From contig NC_088792.1 of the NCBI RefSeq assembly GCF_011386835.1, positions 136,896,001-136,960,000 of the forward strand: DNA of 64,000 nt. The letters run 5' to 3'. A program made the translations under genes and the position numbers. The first letter of the stretch is position 1. Each line of letters begins with the position of its first letter. This document shows positions 62,095 through 64,000 of this stretch, piece by piece. The notes below the pieces were generated by a model. It ran no database searches, was not told the origin of the DNA, and saw nothing but the letters and a program-made list of their open reading frames with translations. Origin of the DNA: Chrysemys picta bellii. Lineage: Eukaryota.

Positions 62095-64000
62095 TTAATT
62101 TGACCAGTGTGGCTGGTGAAATTAAATGTAGAGGTATGTTTCTGATTAAATTGTTCTCTTTTCATTCCACTGTAACTACACGTTAGAAAACCTAGAGGTG
62201 GCTACCATTAAACAGTCCAACTTTGAATGTGTGATCAAACACCACTACATGGATACTAAGGTATATGATGTTTGGTATGTTGCACCACTTGTTGAATGTC
62301 CTTACACAATATTCAGAGACTAAGTGAACCGAACAGGATGACATTTTGTGTATGTTTTTTTGGCAGAGAGGAATAACAGTGACATTTGTTTTTAAATACA
62401 ACCTGTTAGTCATACTTAAAATTCTGATGGTGTCCTCTGAGCTGTGGGATTGCCAGCACATCCATTATAAATTGCTCTTTCCAAAGGGTGGACAATGCTG
62501 GTACCTTTAGACTGAAACTTGGGAGGAAATAGTAAAATTGCATCCCTTAGTGAGTACCCTTGAAATCTGCCTTTGAACTTTGCTGAAGTTCCAAAGATTT
62601 GGTTACTTCTGTACTACCTGAACCGATACATTATAGGCAATATCTAGAACTCTGCTAAAAGAGAGCAATTGAGATAACTAAGGCAGTTGGCAAGTCAGGG
62701 ATGACCACTATATATTGCAGTAAAAAGGGTTGCTGGAACACTTTGTAAACTCAAGAACACAACCACGAGACTTTCTAGATATACCTACAGTAAAATGAGA
62801 CTAATGGCTTCTAGTCCTGAGAAACATGGCAACTACCATCCACGTTTTCATAGTTTTCTCGTTCATTATTATAGATTTTTACTTCTTGAATTCAGACACT
62901 GTTGCCAAATATTCACTTGTTTCAGACACTATACATGAGTCCACAACACAGTTTTCCCGCCTGCACTTCACAAGTCACACTAATACCCACCATTGCTGAC
63001 TATTTGAGATGGAATTAAATTATCCTAGAAATTCTTTATCCAGGTCAGAGTTAAGGCATGGAAAATCTTGCAGTGCTACTTGTTTTGTAGCTAGTTGACA
63101 AACATCTCCCAAGCAGTCACTGTGGTATATTTCACAAGCACTGCCTTAATTAAACTTAGAATGAAATGACCACTTCAATTGTGCTTGAAATAACTTTTTT
63201 TGTGGAATAAAAGGCTCTTTAGGTATCCGCCTTGGTGTATTTGCACATCGCTATTGAAAAACACCAGTGAAGTCCAGCATAATGGAATATAGTGCCTAAG
63301 TGGGAGAATGATGCTCTTTTATTGTCATTTAAATAAATGATAAGAAGGGACATGTGAAAAGAGCTGGAGCTTTATAATACTGTCAGATAGCAAGCAAATG
63401 TTTATATAATAAAACGGGTTGTCAGAGAGGAGGGAGGGCTGTGATCAAAGCTCTCTGCTTGGTCTATGGAAGGAACAGTAATGAAGTGGTATAGACCATG
63501 AGTAGGAGTCAGTGAATTTCATTACTCTTGACTCACCTGCCCTTTTTAAATCTTTCAATAGGCAACTGGAAATTAATTTCTCCCCAAGATGTAACTTTCT
63601 GGGGAGTCATTTTGGTTGCTTCACATAACTGTACTAATGGCACTTAACATTATGTATTTTATCAAAAAATGCAGAATACACAGAACTGAACCATAGGTGT
63701 TAAGGTCTGGTGGTCAGTGTGTCACTTTGTTTCTACAGTTTCTATTTGCAACCATTTGAGTTCTTAAGCAGAAGAAAAGTTGAAGGAAATAAAATCTAGT
63801 GTTAGAGCAAGTTGCTTCTCTTTGCTCACTGCACCTGGGGAATTGCCTTTAGAGATGAGAATTTCACTAGACTGTCTCATTGAGCACACTGAAGTAGACT
63901 TGCCCCAGCTTGTGATCCCACTTCACCCACAGAAGTGAGAATTCATCTTTCTAGTTTAATGTACTTTTGAGAGAGCTAACGAGATAGGCTTTAAATGTTC

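Overview
Vertebrate non-coding DNA, most likely from a turtle (inferred from the repeat repertoire). No host protein-coding exon can be supported, and there is a 130-N assembly gap at 40961-41090. The window is AT-rich background with many transposon relics: three 5'-truncated Penelope-like elements (PLEs) plus a short tail, CR1 LINE fragments, a nearly full-length but broken hAT (Buster/Charlie) transposase, a Harbinger Myb/SANT pseudogene, a solo LTR with a 5-bp TSD, and many hAT, Harbinger and Tc1/mariner-type MITEs, several nested. The most interesting signal is a set of minimal type I hammerhead ribozyme motifs in the PLE 3' UTRs: two intact-looking (5387-5426 +, 15304-15344 -) and one decayed (7536-7572 +). 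The two longest PLE copies also start at the same codon, and two ~1.1 kb elements form an inverted pair at 54.1-57.4 kb. Family names come from recognising motifs, not from database searches. Most ORFs in the supplied track are spurious.
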